A DNA stretch of 64,000 nucleotides, taken from positions 6,014,001 through 6,078,000 of the forward strand of contig NW_025963924.1 of the NCBI RefSeq assembly GCF_023055435.1, given 5' to 3'. Made by a program: the position numbers and the translations under genes. The notes under the pieces are model-generated. The model saw only the letters and a program-made list of their open reading frames with translations. It did no database searches and was not told the origin of the DNA. Position 1 is the first letter of the stretch. Each line of letters opens with the position of its first letter. The DNA is from Haliotis rufescens. Its lineage: Eukaryota. This document shows, in pieces, positions 38,768 to 52,157 of this stretch.

Positions 38768-41676
38768 TTACGAACACCTGCAGGCGCGCAATTCGGCGTC
38801 AAAAATAGGTGCTCCCGTTCCGTAATCGTGGCACACGCCAGTGTAGACCAGTCGCTGATTAACGCACACAACGTAGTAGGGAGAGTTGAGGCGCCATTCG
38901 TAGACGTTGAGGCCGTCGGCGAGGTTCCTGCAGGTAGGGTTGTTAACGTGGCACGGTTGCCCACAGTCCGGTCCCCCAAGACATGCATGCTGGTCATATT
39001 CGCCTGGTAATGAACATATTTCAGATCCCGCTATATTTGTAATTTGAATCCGAAAGCTTTCCTCCTACATTAAGTTGACATAATATAACTGGAATATTGT
39101 TAAAAGCGGCGTTAAACCCAACTCACTCACTCACTCTGAAAGAAAATGAATAATGTCGAATTGGAACTAAAGACTCATGAAAGAACTTGGTATAAGGGAC
39201 ATACGGCATTATACCACGTACTAGTATAAGGCCAGTATGTCAAAACCTAAAGACATTTCCATTCCTCTTTTGTACTGGATTCCAAAGCTACATAAACATC
39301 CCTACAAAGAGAGATATATTGCTGAGTCCAGGATGTACCACCAAATTCTCCATCTCACAGATTAACCACAATCCGAAGTACAACCAAGGAAGGACTTCTT
39401 TCATTACATTCGCAGAACGTATTTGAGACAAGACTTATTTGACTTAATATCATGTGGATTATCAAAACTCCAAGGGATTTGTTTGAATTTTTACAATTTC
39501 AGAAAAGAACCAAGTTCACTTATTTCAAAATATTTCATTTTTCATCTTTGTACAATTAGGGAAAAACTTCATTCCTTGATCCATGGGGCATTTGTTACTA
39601 AACATGGTGACCATATTTACATCTGTCTTCAGAGGTTCAGGACAAATTCAACGAATGAAAGCAAATGTCAACTGAAGTTTAATGTGAAAACAATTTGTGA
39701 AATGCTGGACTTCCTAATTGATATTATATATGTGAAATTTAGGGGTTAGGGGTAAGGCATTTAGGCAAGAAGTAGGCATCCCCTTCTGGCCCCCTTCTAG
39801 CTGAACTGTTTCTTTAAGCATGAATCTGAATTTCTGCTCGAATTGGCAAAATCAAAACAAGGGCGTATAAGCCAAGAAGTTTGACTTGTGGTGTATCATT
39901 GATAATGGTCAAATAGCCACTTTTACCTACTCGAGCTAGAAATAATAGAGACCAATGAAACTGACTCATCTGTTTCAGAATTAGATCTATGCATTAACAT
40001 TCGGAGTGACAAAGAGCTATCCACATGACAGTGTGACAAGAGGGATGATGATTTAACTTTCCAATAGTCAACTCTCCCTTTATGTCGAGTAATGTTCCAA
40101 CAGCTGCTGCCTGTCGTGTCTACATTACACAACTTTTGAGGTAAAATCGATCTTGCTCTTTATACAAAGATCTTAAAGAGCATCATACTTGCTCAAAAGT
40201 TGTTCGATCAAGGATAGTAAAAGCGACAAAATCCTTCCCATATCCATAAGAAATCTCTGTCAAAAGTTTATTTACGATTCGGACTATATCATGAGCATGT
40301 GTTCATGAATCACTATCAAATAGTGATGATACCAGGTGTTACCGAAAAGTCGAACGTATCCTTGCCAACCAGTGGCACACGTCACAAACACATGCAGAGG
40401 CAAGACAAGTGTTCAAATGACAAAACACAGGAACAATATGGTAAAAGTCAAAATAGGGAATTGTATCCGAAATCATTGTTGTCACTGATGCTTCAAACTT
40501 GGAGATGTCCTGCTTATGTCTACCACAAAACTCCACCTCGGTTATAAAAGGTTAGGGTTTGTTTAGATTTAATTATGTCATAAATTCTGCAACAGGGGCG
40601 GGGGATATAGCCATGTTAGTGGCTAACTCTTGTTACTGTTAAAGGTACGTCTATGCTCCTATTTTCTTTGGAGAATAAGGAAGCCTGGGTACTTACATTT
40701 CCCCAGGGGCTCTGTCCTGCTGCCACACGTGACCATGCTGTAGTGCTCACATCTCTGTGTTCCAGGGTTGTACAACTGCGGGTAGGGACATTCCTGTAGG
40801 TTCTGCTCCCAGGAGTCTTCCATGGCAGGCGTGCTGCAGTCATAGTACTGGGCGCACTTAGTGGGGTGGGCGATCAGTGTTTCCGTTGTCGTCATGCAAA
40901 TGGGGTTCACGTCGCTTGTGGGTGCATTCACAGCTGATGCTGGAATCAGCGTGAAGTGACAGGTTAAACACTAGCTTGTGAGTGAGGACTCTGAGGTCCA
41001 CTCCACCCCTTGTTAACAATGCCACCAGAAACTCCGCACTCCCCCTACCTATACCTACCCCCTCTCAACAATAACCTCTCTTACACCCCACATCGCATCC
41101 CTCTCTCCACCTATCTTTCTTACCCTGCCGATTAACACTCCCACCCGGCCCCCCTTTCTCAACCAACTTTTACCACAGCCAACCAAAGATCCTCAACACA
41201 ACCCTCTCTCCACCTACCTTCTGAAACTACAGCCGTCCAACGTTCCTCACCACACCCCTAACTCCATCTACCCTCTCTTACCTTAGCCAACCAACGTTCT
41301 CCATCGAACACCTCTCTCTATGGCCATCTACCCTCTCTTACCTTAGCCAACCAACGTTCCCCATCGCACCCCTCTCTCCATCTACCCTCCCTTACCTCCA
41401 CCCAGCACAATATAGACACTACAACATACACACACAAGAACACAACACACACATAGACACACACTCACAACAAACACACATCACATAGCACAACAAACAT
41501 AGCACAACACACACATACAACAACAACAAAAACCACAACACACACATACTATACACACACAGACACAACACACACAACGTATCACAACATCACTAAGAAA
41601 GGGAATCTTGCTCACATGATTCCAAGGCGGAAATCAGCAGCATCAAGAAGCACAACGCCCTAAACTCACACATCAT
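38768..41676 (-). CDS. Gene E: secreted tandem chitin-binding-domain protein, 179 aa; join(41676-41616, 40939-40697, 39003-38768)
   Basis: Exon 1 MMCEFRALCFLMLLISALES. Exon 2 is 243 nt with six Cys. Exon 3 (C)EYDQHACLGGPDCGQPCHVNNPTCRNLADGLNVYEWRLNSPYYVVCVNQRLVYTGVCHDYGTGAPIFDAELRACRCS*. Canonical splice sites, open frame. Confidence 0.88.
39540..40545. mobile_element. Penelope-like element fragment in intron 2 of gene E: + strand RT body (~39540-40230) and inverted 3' end (~40260-40545)
   Basis: Degenerate GIP / LAELF and DKRDD..FPIVN motifs; 3' end homologous to 3000-3240 on the opposite strand. Confidence 0.65.
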
Positions 41677-42149
41677 GGAGTTATAGATGAGATCCAAACT
41701 GTCAACAAGAAAAGTAACGCATTTAAATGTTGGAGTCGATGTAGAGTAAACGAAATTTCAGTTGTTGAATCTTAAGCAGATTGGTGTTACTCAAAGCTCG
41801 ATCCGGATATTTTAATACAATAACAAATTAGATTAGAAAAAAATCATCAAAGCAGTTCACATTGGTAATATCAAGTATTGTTTTTCGAATATTTCATTTC
41901 TTTTGTGCATGTTAAGAATACATAACATAAAAATATGTTTGACTATGTCATGGGCCACAGTTCGGCATTGACATTCTCGCGATTCTATTATAGAACATCC
42001 CATTTTGATCATATAAGACAGAACATAAAACACAAAACATTGAAGGAATGGGTAAGCAAAGTTGGCAAATCCTGTGTCGTCCTTCTGACCTGAGATACTA
42101 ATGTATCTTACTTATCGTGTTGGTCGTACATTTGTCTCGCAAGCATTAT

Positions 42150-42574
42150 TACGGTGGCCCATAAGGGACATGGAGTCTGTTTTTCAATATTTTGATGTTT
42201 AACTTACTTTTATCTTAACCTTTTGCAAATTAACACAATCTGCCATACAAATATGTGATAAATCATGTATAAAAACATCCGAAAACATAGAAAATGTACT
42301 TTTAAGTAGCTTTTGAGTCGCTGAAATGTGAAGTGAAAATGTCAAAGACTAAAATTCATTTCAGTTTTTGACATTTTCATTTTGTGTTTTTGACATTTTC
42401 ATTTTAGTTTTTGACATTTTCGTTTCGTTTTTCAGCGATTCAATATCTTCTTTACACATGATTTATCACATATTTGTAAGACAAATCATGTTAATTTGCA
42501 AAAGGTTACGATAAATGTAAGTGAAATATCAAAATATTGAAAAACAGACTCCGTGTCCCTCATGGGCCACCGTA
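42150..42574. mobile_element. MITE with long TIRs and 6-bp TSD (IS3EU-like termini)
   Basis: TACGGTGGCCCAT.AGGGAC...GTCCCTCATGGGCCACCGTA, flanked on both sides by CATTAT. Confidence 0.85.
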
Positions 42575-42988
42575 CATTATAGATTCCACATTCTTATCTT
42601 TTCATTCACAAGACGAGTCCATTTACATTTACTGTGAACATTACAATTAGCAATGTAAATAATTATGACATGGGAAAGATCACATTTATGGGCAAGGCGC
42701 AGCATGTTGAAACAGGGATATTTCTAACACCTTTTGTCAAAATATGGTTCACATTTGTTTTGTCTAAGTCTGCCATTAAATAATTGCTGAAGATATAAAT
42801 CACAGCTATATCAATTTGTGGCCAGTAGTCTTGGTAGGAACATAATAATATAGTGTTCCTCCCACTTTTGTTTTCCATATAAATACATAAAATTTATTAT
42901 TTTTATTCAGCCTGATATATAGAGAATCTCACACGAGTGGCTTTTGATATCAAATAGTTGATATATTTTCAAAAGACACGAGGGTGAG

Positions 42989-43262
42989 ATTTTATTTATC
43001 ATCCAACATCATTCTTTCAACTTTTTCAATTTATAGACAGTAATTAGCAGCGTCTTCAGTGTAAAAAGTATTGCTAACAGCTTCAGTAGCAGAGCCATTA
43101 GTGATGTCATTTCATTGTGACGTCTTGGTAACAGTGACGTCAGAATGGTCTGCAAAGCATTGTGATGTAATTTCATTGCAGCGATATCTACAGTGTAGAT
43201 ATCGCTTGATCTCATCCAAGCAATATCTCCTGTGGGAGCCAGTTTTGGATGATAAATAAAAT
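42989..43262. mobile_element. Small element bounded by perfect 18-bp inverted repeats
   Basis: ATTTTATTTATCATCCAA / TTGGATGATAAATAAAAT. Confidence 0.5.
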
Positions 43263-43792
43263 GAGTATGAACTTACCTTGACAGGGCTGCGTCTGATACA
43301 GGACCACTGCTGGTGGTAGTGATGAGATACGCGTCACGCTTCTTAAACGTAGCACAGGCAGTTTCTGGAAATGTCAGCCGTTATCAGAGCAGGCAGAATA
43401 TAAAATGACTTTTGCGCATTAAAGTAACTATTCTTAAGCTGTCATAAAGTGCTGTTTGTCAAAATCTTCAAATAGAAGAGGATATAAATGTCATAAATGA
43501 ATGTTGAGATCTGATTGGTTCACGTGATCTTGATAATTATACCACGTATTCCGCCTGGGGTGAAAATAACTTCCTGAGTGGGATAATAAATGCCATATAC
43601 CCCGTCAAGGAGAAAAAAGTTTGCACGTGAATTTCTGAATGTGACAATTAATCTCTTGAAGCCTCCTACGACGTTTAAACGAGTCTGTGACAAATCACGT
43701 GACACAGCTCAAGGTAACATCAATCTAACAGCAGGGTTTGTTTTCAGTTTGTTTTAACTTTTTTTTACAATATCGGATTGAAACATGTCGGT

Positions 43793-44385
43793 ACTCGTGA
43801 TGGTCCGGGGTAGAATAGATATTCAGCAACCCATGCTTGCCGTTAAAGGTGACTATGCTTGTCGTTTTAGGCGACCAACGGGATCGGGTGGTCAGGCTCG
43901 CTGACTTGGTTGATGCATGTCATCATATCCCAATTGCGTGGATCGATGCTCATGGTTTTAATCACTGGATTGTCTGGTCCAGTTTCGATTATTTACAGAC
44001 CGCCGTCATATATCATATATATTGCTGAGTGCGGCGTTAAACAACAAATACACAAACAAACAAACACCCCCACCCGTGCTCGTGGGTTTCACCGAAGTGG
44101 TAAACGTCTGAGACCTGCATCACTTCGGGCTTTCCTCCAACATTAAGCTGACGCGCCGTGATATGACTGGAATACTGTTAAAAGTGGCGTTAAACCCAAC
44201 TCACTCACTCACTGTTCCAGTTTCAGTGACTACTGTATATTTACATTGAATAAACACATCAGTCTTCTCGTGAGATGAATCCGACAGTGATATGTGCTGT
44301 TGACTAGATTCGATCACTTACAGACCGCCGTCACATAGCTGGAATATTGCTGAGAGCGGCGATAAACAACAAACAAACAAATAAA
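43793..44385 (+). mobile_element. SINE cluster: family A (43793-44065), 3' half of family C (44070-44213), family A tail (44305-44385)
   Basis: Consensus matches. Confidence 0.8.
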
Positions 44386-44424
44386 CGTGTTGCAAATATG
44401 AAACACAGCCTCTGTATTATAATA

Positions 44425-45966
44425 TAAACTGACGTCCAAAAGAAACTTTACCAGAGTTTGAAATCACTCAAATTGCTCAAAAACAACACAACATACATGC
44501 ATGAAGTAAAGTGTATCAATATATCAACATAATCAACACTGAAAATGACAATCATACCGCGACCGAGAATGACGTCAGAGCCCCCCAAAGTTGGGTGTGG
44601 TACAAAACTCGAGCTTTCAGAATCATGGACAATAGGCAGAGTACATAAACAATCGCTCACGTTCAATAACAAGTCATTAGTAGCGTGTGTGACCACCAAA
44701 TGCCTCAATATACGCAAAAACTCTTCGACACACAGAAAAAGTCAGTCGTCTGATGAGGTCTCGTGGGATTTGACGCCATTCTTCTTGGAGAGCCAAGATC
44801 AGTTCTTGCCGGTTGGCTGGAGAGTAAGGGTCGTTGTCGAACACGACGATCCATCAAGTCCCAGACGTGTTCTATGGGGGACATGTCGGGTGAGCGTGCA
44901 GGCCACGGCAGGAGGTTGACGTTGTTGGCTGCGAGGAAGTTAGTGACAATTCTGGCTGTATGGGCTCTAGCGTTGTCATGCTGAAAAATGACACCACGTG
45001 GCTGCTGTTGGAGAAATGGTAGGACAACTGGACGAAGAATGTTATCCATGTAACGCTGAGCTGTTAAGTTTCAGTCAACGATGACCAGCGGTGTCCTCTC
45101 CTGCCCACAGATCCCTCCCCACACCATGACACTCCCTCCATCATATGGTACGACCTCCTGCACGCAACACGCCGCCGTTCGTTCACCCCTCGGCGGTAAA
45201 CACGTTGTCTTCCATCAGCCCTAAACATACAGAATCGACTTTCGTCAGTGAAGACAACCCTCTGCCAGTCACGTCGTTGCCAACGTCGTACAGTCCGGGT
45301 CCATCTCAATCGCAGACGACGATGTTGCGCTGTCAATAGCTGTCCTCTGTTTGGTCTAAAAGCCCTGATTCCATGAGCCCAGAGTCTGCTGGCCACTGTC
45401 TGTCGACTAACCCTGTGACCTAAGGCATTTGTCGCCGATGACGTTACTGTCAGGAAGCGATTTCGGAGGTGCAAGGTACGCAAGTACCGGTCATCATGGG
45501 GCGTGGTCACCCTGGGTCTGCCTGTTCTTGGCCTGTCAGCGGTCCGCCCTGTCTGTCTGTAACGTTGCATCAAGTTGGTAACGGCAACACGGGAGCAACC
45601 GAAGGTTCGTGCAATATGGGCGTGGGTGGCTCCCATCTGTAACCATACCCAAGGCTCGTTCACGTTGTTCGACTGTGAGTCGTGGCATTTCTTTTGTGTT
45701 TTTTATCACTGTGGATGTCTGACTTGCCTTTGCAATCGTTTTATATACCCTTACCCGCACATGCATTTGCAGTTGTCCGTGGTGCACGTGTTTTTCACTT
45801 TTTCGCGTGTTATCTCGCAAACATGTAACAGACTATTAACATTTTCTGCATACACTATTGCTGTATTTAGGTTATGTGTTTTAGATAGACTACATCGAAA
45901 ACAAAATTATACTTTGTCTGAAATTTATATTTTCAGTTGCTAAAGTTTCTTTTTGACGTCAGTTTA
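44425..45966 (-). mobile_element. Full-length Tc1-like transposon with frameshifted transposase (~45688-44680)
   Basis: TIRs TAAACTGACGTC.AAAAGAAACTTTA at both ends. MPRLTVEQRER N-terminus, VVFTDES, FQHDNARAH, WPARSPDMSPIEHVW motifs. Confidence 0.92.
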
Positions 45967-48184
45967 TTTGTGTAACTTTGTTACATTATAAATATTCTAT
46001 TGTGTATATTACTACCTACTTTACCAATTGAAACATGATTCCATTAGTTTAAATATGAACAATTATGATGAAAATCGTCAATAGGATATATTACAATTGA
46101 GTACAAAACACACAGAGTATTTCTCAAATATATAAGAAAACTAAGTACATTCTAGTAATTAATCCTCTTCTGGACAACCATAGAAATGAAATTCCAATGC
46201 GTTTATATATACATATAATTATACAACAATGTACGATAACGACCTCAATCCTCCCCCACACCCATACTTTAATAACGATTGTACGATAAACCCTGTACCA
46301 ACCCTGACAAGGATAGGTTTTAGTCATTTAACGCCCTTGACACTAAACTTATAAGATTATTACAATTTACGTAAAAAGTTATTACATTTAACTGCAAGTT
46401 GAGATTATTACAATTTACATCATGCAGTGATGTGTGGTTGAATTCTGATCCCAAATGGTGGGACCAGGTTTAATAGATTTTGAAACAGGTTTTCATATTC
46501 AGGGTGGAAAACAGTTGTATGCTGGATTACATTTATTTGAGTACAGTTTAGTGATATATTGCAGTGAAAGTTTAATGCGGCGCAGTTCGAGTGAAGGTTC
46601 ATCTGCCTCCACATACAAACTGTCCACGGGAGAGGTCCTAAAAGCTCCAAGACAGAATCTTAGGCCTTGATGGTGTAGAGTGTCCAATTTTTCTAAATTG
46701 CTTTTGCAGGCTCCACCATAGACAATGGAACCATAGTCTAGTTTGGAGCGTATTAACGATCTGTACAAGTGAAGGAGGGTGGTCTGATCGCCGCCCCACT
46801 CGGAATTTAAAACGACTTTGCCTTTAGATATTTAATGATACCTTGATAGGAGTACCATCTAAAAATACATCTGAATCCTTGTGAGGTTTGTATTTACGAC
46901 AAAAGTGAATACAGTTTGTTTTGGATTTAGAAAATTTGAAGCCGTTTTCGTTTGCCCATTTTTGAATTTTGTTAAGACAGAGCTGTAGTTGTCTTTCTAT
47001 TGTATTCATATTCTTACCACGACAAGAAATGTTGAAATCGTCCACAAAAAGTGAACCATCAAGGCTATTGTTTAATACTTTAGTGAGACTACTAATTTTG
47101 ATGCTGAAAAGGGTGACTGATAGTATGCTGCCTTGAGGGACGCTCTGATCTTGATCGAAATGATCAGACAGGGTAGATCCAAAGTAGTACTTGAAATTGT
47201 CTGTTGTTTAAAAATTGCAATATGAATTGAGATAATCTGCCCCTCAATCCAAATTCATGCAAATCTTTTAAAATACCATGTTTCCACGTTGTATCAGAAA
47301 AATCCCTATGAAATATAAATTCGCATTAGTAGGACCATTTAGCATTAGGGGAGGGAGGGGACACAAACGTTTCTGCTTAAAGTCATAAAGTTTCGTCTGA
47401 AAGAATGAGCTGAGCAATTTTAATGCACGCCAAAGTCACCCTCAAATATCTGGAATATTGCTGACTGTGGTATTAAACATACATATGTATATAAACATGT
47501 ATATACTGTTCATTCCAAACTATAGACTCCTGTATTTTATTGAGAAAATCGTTAATTGCTTGGAACAAATGAAACTCATGAAAAAATGACTGTGGTCGTG
47601 CATACGTCCATGTTAGTGTGTGTCATAACGTAGACCCAGATTCACTCATTCACTCGCTCGCTCGCTCACTCACTCGTTCAAATGGAATCTGTTTCGGCAG
47701 ATAATCTTGACTAACGAAGCATTCATCAATTATTTTTAAAAGGACCATGTTTGGGTGGAGACATTACGACTGCCCCTTACTAGTGTGTTGCACAGTTTCT
47801 GAAGTATTTCCCTATATTTGTCAGCAGCAGGATTTCTGCACATGTACGCAACAGACGTAATTCCAAAATAATCCATAAACATGCTATGTATTGGATTGTC
47901 TGGTCAAAGTTTCGACATAATTATTATCTGAACTCCAAACACAAATTCCAGGCCCCAATGGTCCCAAATGGAGAGGGGGGTGGGGGGTTGGTATTATTTG
48001 CCCCATCTCATGGCATTGGCAAGTTGCCATCGAGTGGGTAGGTTGAGTCTTGTGAACGCAATTTCCTCTGGGGGTACATTTGTGTAAGGATACCCCGGGG
48101 TTAAAAACATGCAGACAGATACATGTATTGTTGAGAAATTCTTTACTTCACATTGCAATTGTGATTTGTAAAGCAACGGATTTT

Positions 48185-51100
48185 TTACGAACACCTGCAG
48201 GCGCGCAATTTGGGGTCAAACATAGGCATCCCCATTCCGAAATAGTGGCACTGGCCAATGTAGACCAGTCGTTGATTAACGCACACCACGTAGTAGGTAG
48301 AGTTGAGGCGATCTTCGTAGACGTTGGGGCCGTCGGAGAGGTTCCTGCAGGTGGGGTAGTTAACGGAGCATGGTATCCAACAGCGCATTCCCTCATGGCA
48401 TTTGCCCTTCTCATATTCGCCTGGAAACAAACATATTTCAGATGCCGCTACATTTGTAATTTGAATCCGAAAGCACACCAACAACATTGTATGACCCTCT
48501 TAATATTCAAAGCAACGTTAGTATTCAAATGACAAATTTTGCAGGATTAATTTCATTTAACAGTCCTCTACTTTGGAAAACAGTAGTTTGGATGATGGAA
48601 CTGTATTACATTGTTTCTATTGAGATTGGGTAGGGGATCAATGCATTGTATTTGGACAGTGATAAGTTGTCAGGAATGTTGTACTTTTTAATGCAAGCAG
48701 TTGTGAGGAAGTTACTATATTTATATGCTGGTGTGCTGTGTAAACTGTAGGGAACTGTGATAGAGTGTTACAGAAACATGTAGAATATTCTATGTTGTGA
48801 TGACACTGTGGGAATTTCCAGTAGCTGGTTTGACCATACATAAGGGGACAAGAGCGTGCCTAATTATTTGCCTCGATGTCCACGGTTCTGAAAGAAAATG
48901 AAAAATGTCCAATTGGAACTAAAGACGCATAAAAGAACTTGGTATAAGTGACATACAACATTATACCACGTACTAGTTTAAGGCCAGTATGTTAAAACCT
49001 AAAGACATTTCCATTCCTCTGGATTCCAAAGCTACATAAACATCCCTACAAAGAGAGATCAAGTGGACGGTCCCAGGGAACAAATCTGGAACAGAACGCA
49101 ATGCCCCCACACAACACGCATTCTCTATCACTACCTCGCCTCGTTTTAAATTCGCCTCGTTGCCTGAACACCTGTAAATTTGTTAAAGATTAAAGATCAA
49201 TCACCGAAACAACAACAACAGTTCCATGGCCAGTACAGAACTTTTTGTTTCTTTGGTTGGTTGTTTTTTAACGCCGCATCCAGCAATATTCCAGCTATAT
49301 GACGGTGGTCTGTAAAGAAATCGATTCTTGACCAGATAATCCACTGATTGACATCATTAGCATCGATCCACGCAATTGAGATCGATGACATGCATCAAAC
49401 AAGTCAGTGAGCCTGTCGCCTCTTACGACAAGTCGCCTTTTACAGCAAGCATGGGTTATTGTTCTTTTGGCCACATATATGAATACACTGTCTGTCTGTC
49501 TGCCCATGGCCAGCATGATCATCGGATCCGAAACAGGTACGTGTCAACAGAATTCAGCAACATGCTTTTGTAAAGGAATTACGGAGAATCCTGTATGGCG
49601 TCATAAGGCCATTCACGATGTTTTGTTGAACGGAATCCTGAACAAGTCGAGCAATATGAGGCTAGGCGCTGTCATGTTGAAAGGTAATGCCTGGGACATG
49701 ACGACGCAAAAACGGTAGAACAACAGGGCCGATGATCTCGTCACGGTGGCGCTGTCCATTGAGATTTCCCTTTACCACTATCAAACTGGTCCTCTGTCTT
49801 GCTGTAATCCCATCCCATACCAAAACGCTGCCGCCCGAACCGATCTTCTTCCATGACACAATGATTCACCTTCACGTTCACCTCGACGTCGGTACACTCG
49901 AATCCGTCCATCGCTGTGGCTGAGGTGAAAACAAGACTCGTCAGTGAATATAACTTGTCCCCACTGCATGGCCGTCCAGCGTAGACGCTGTCTGCACCAC
50001 TGTAGACGTGCTTGACGGTGGTTTCCTGTCAAATTGGGACGTCTGGCGGGTCTTCTGGCGACAATCCCTGCACATCTGAGGCGGCGACGTATGGTTTGTG
50101 AAGATATTCGTCGAAGGCCAGGGATGCTTCTTGAAGTCACTGTTGCTGGCTGGAATTTTGTAGGTGTGCTGTTCGAATCCAGTTGTCTTGTCCATTATTG
50201 GTTACACGTGGCCTGCCACTTCTAGGATGGTCTCTGACTGCATTCGTATGTTGCCAACGTTGCCATAAACACCAAATGGTTTTTCTGTGGACGTTAAATT
50301 GTCTTGCAACATTACGTTGACTCGATCCTGCTTCAAGCATACCAATGGCTCGCAGACGCTCATTGTCGGACAGGCGTGGCATTTCGTAATGTTGAATAAT
50401 TGCATAATTTTGTTGTTTTTCTGAGTGGTTGTTGTCAGCACGATCCTAAACAATGCACATGGAAATCCCGTTAACGCACATGTTTTTATACCCATTCTTG
50501 AGTAGTGAAATACATGGGGCTTGCATAAAAGACATCTTTTGCATGGAATGCGTGCTTTAATGTAGCAGTTGCGTTTTAGTGGCTTGATTCCATACACGTC
50601 CTACAATATTGAAAACCAAGCTTCACTTGTTTGAAAAATACACTAAAATATTGGTGTCACAGGAACTTTTGTTGTTGAGTATATGATATGATCAAACGTG
50701 TGCACTTTCATTTCGTTTAAATGTACGCTAGCCTGGTGTATGTGAGGAAAAACCTATTGCATTCCTGTGATATAAATACTTTCAGCCATTTGCGGCAAAT
50801 TGGCCAGTTACTGTAGTTGAATGTTGAAGGTATATATGTCCATGCTCTTTGTTTCTATCGAGAAGAGGGAACCCAGATGTAATGTTTCAAGCAGCCGATG
50901 GGCTGTGTCACACTGGATGACAAGTGTTTAGTCGACAAAGTCATCTATATCCCCCGCTACTATATCTACTTCGTTGGGCGGGGTATAATAAACGATTGAC
51001 GACCTAGTGGCGTGCGCCATGCTTAATGTTATTCCCTCGCTTCCCTGACCCAAGGGGCATAACTCTCGTGCCTCATTACACCAAGCATACCGCTAAAATA

Positions 51101-52157
51101 CATATCGCACTGTATTATTCTCATGTGCTAACATGTGAACACGACACCTGGGTACTGGCCAAGAATACTTACACCTCCCCAGAGGCTCTCTTCTGCTGCC
51201 ACACGTGACCATGCTGTAGTGCTCACATCTCTGTGTATCAGGGTTGTACAGCTCCGGGAAGGGACATTCCTGTTGGTTCTGTCCTAAGGTGTAACCCTGC
51301 ATTTTCAGGCCCGGTGCGCTACAGTTGTAGTACTGGGCACACTCAGTTGGGTGGGGGATCAGTGTCTCCGTCGTTGTCTTACAAATGGGGTTCACGTCGA
51401 CGTTGCTTGTGGGTGAAATCAAAGCTGATGCTGGAATCAGTGTGAAGTGACAGGTTAAATACTTGTTTGCGAGTGAAGACTCTTAGGTCCACTTTATCCC
51501 TTGTTACTAGTGACGCCAAACACTCTGCACCCACCTCTGGGGAACAACGTTCTTAATCTACCCCATCAACACTCTAACCTCTCTTACACTGCACATCACA
51601 TCCACCTATTCTCTCACCTCCACCGACCACCTCTCCTCACCAAATCCATCTCTCAACCTACCCTTTTGCAGGGGTAGCCCAGTAGTTAAAGCATTCGCTC
51701 TTCACACTGAAGGCCCGGGCTCGAGTCCCCCGCCCTGATATTACTGGAATATTACTGAAGGCGATGTGAAATCACAGTCAGTCATGATCAGTCACTCACT
51801 TACCTCCGCAGACTAGCGATCCTCAATATCTCCCTTACCTCCACCCAGCACAACACTGACGGTATACAAAACGAACAGTACAACATACACGCATGAAAAC
51901 AAAGCATACTACACACAACAAACACACAATGTAACACTCACATAAAACCAACATCACACAACAGAGAACACATAAAAACGGATCACAACACACCAGAACA
52001 CAACACACACACTATACACAAACATAACGAAAGACACACAGACATACATCACACACATAATATAACGCAACAAATTAAAAAGAGAAGCCTGCTCACATGA
52101 TTCCAGGGCGGCCAGCAGCACCATCAGCAAGCACAACACTCGACACTCACACATCAT
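48185..52157 (-). CDS. Gene F: secreted tandem chitin-binding-domain protein, 184 aa; join(52157-52097, 51430-51173, 48420-48185)
   Basis: Exon 1 MMCECRVLCLLMVLLAALES. Exon 2 is 258 nt. Exon 3 (C)EYEKGKCHEGMRCWIPCSVNYPTC...LRACRCS*. Canonical splice sites, open frame; poly(A) hexamer changed to AGTAAA. Confidence 0.88.
49585..50682 (-). mobile_element. 3'-truncated Tc1-like transposon in intron 2 of gene F
   Basis: MPRLSDNERLRAIGML, GRPRVT, VIFTDES, FQHDSA motifs; absent from the matching intron of gene C. Confidence 0.85.

Noticed and set aside
44425-45966. Active or domesticated transposase
   Set aside because: Multiple frameshifts; no Tc1 copy in the window has an intact ORF.
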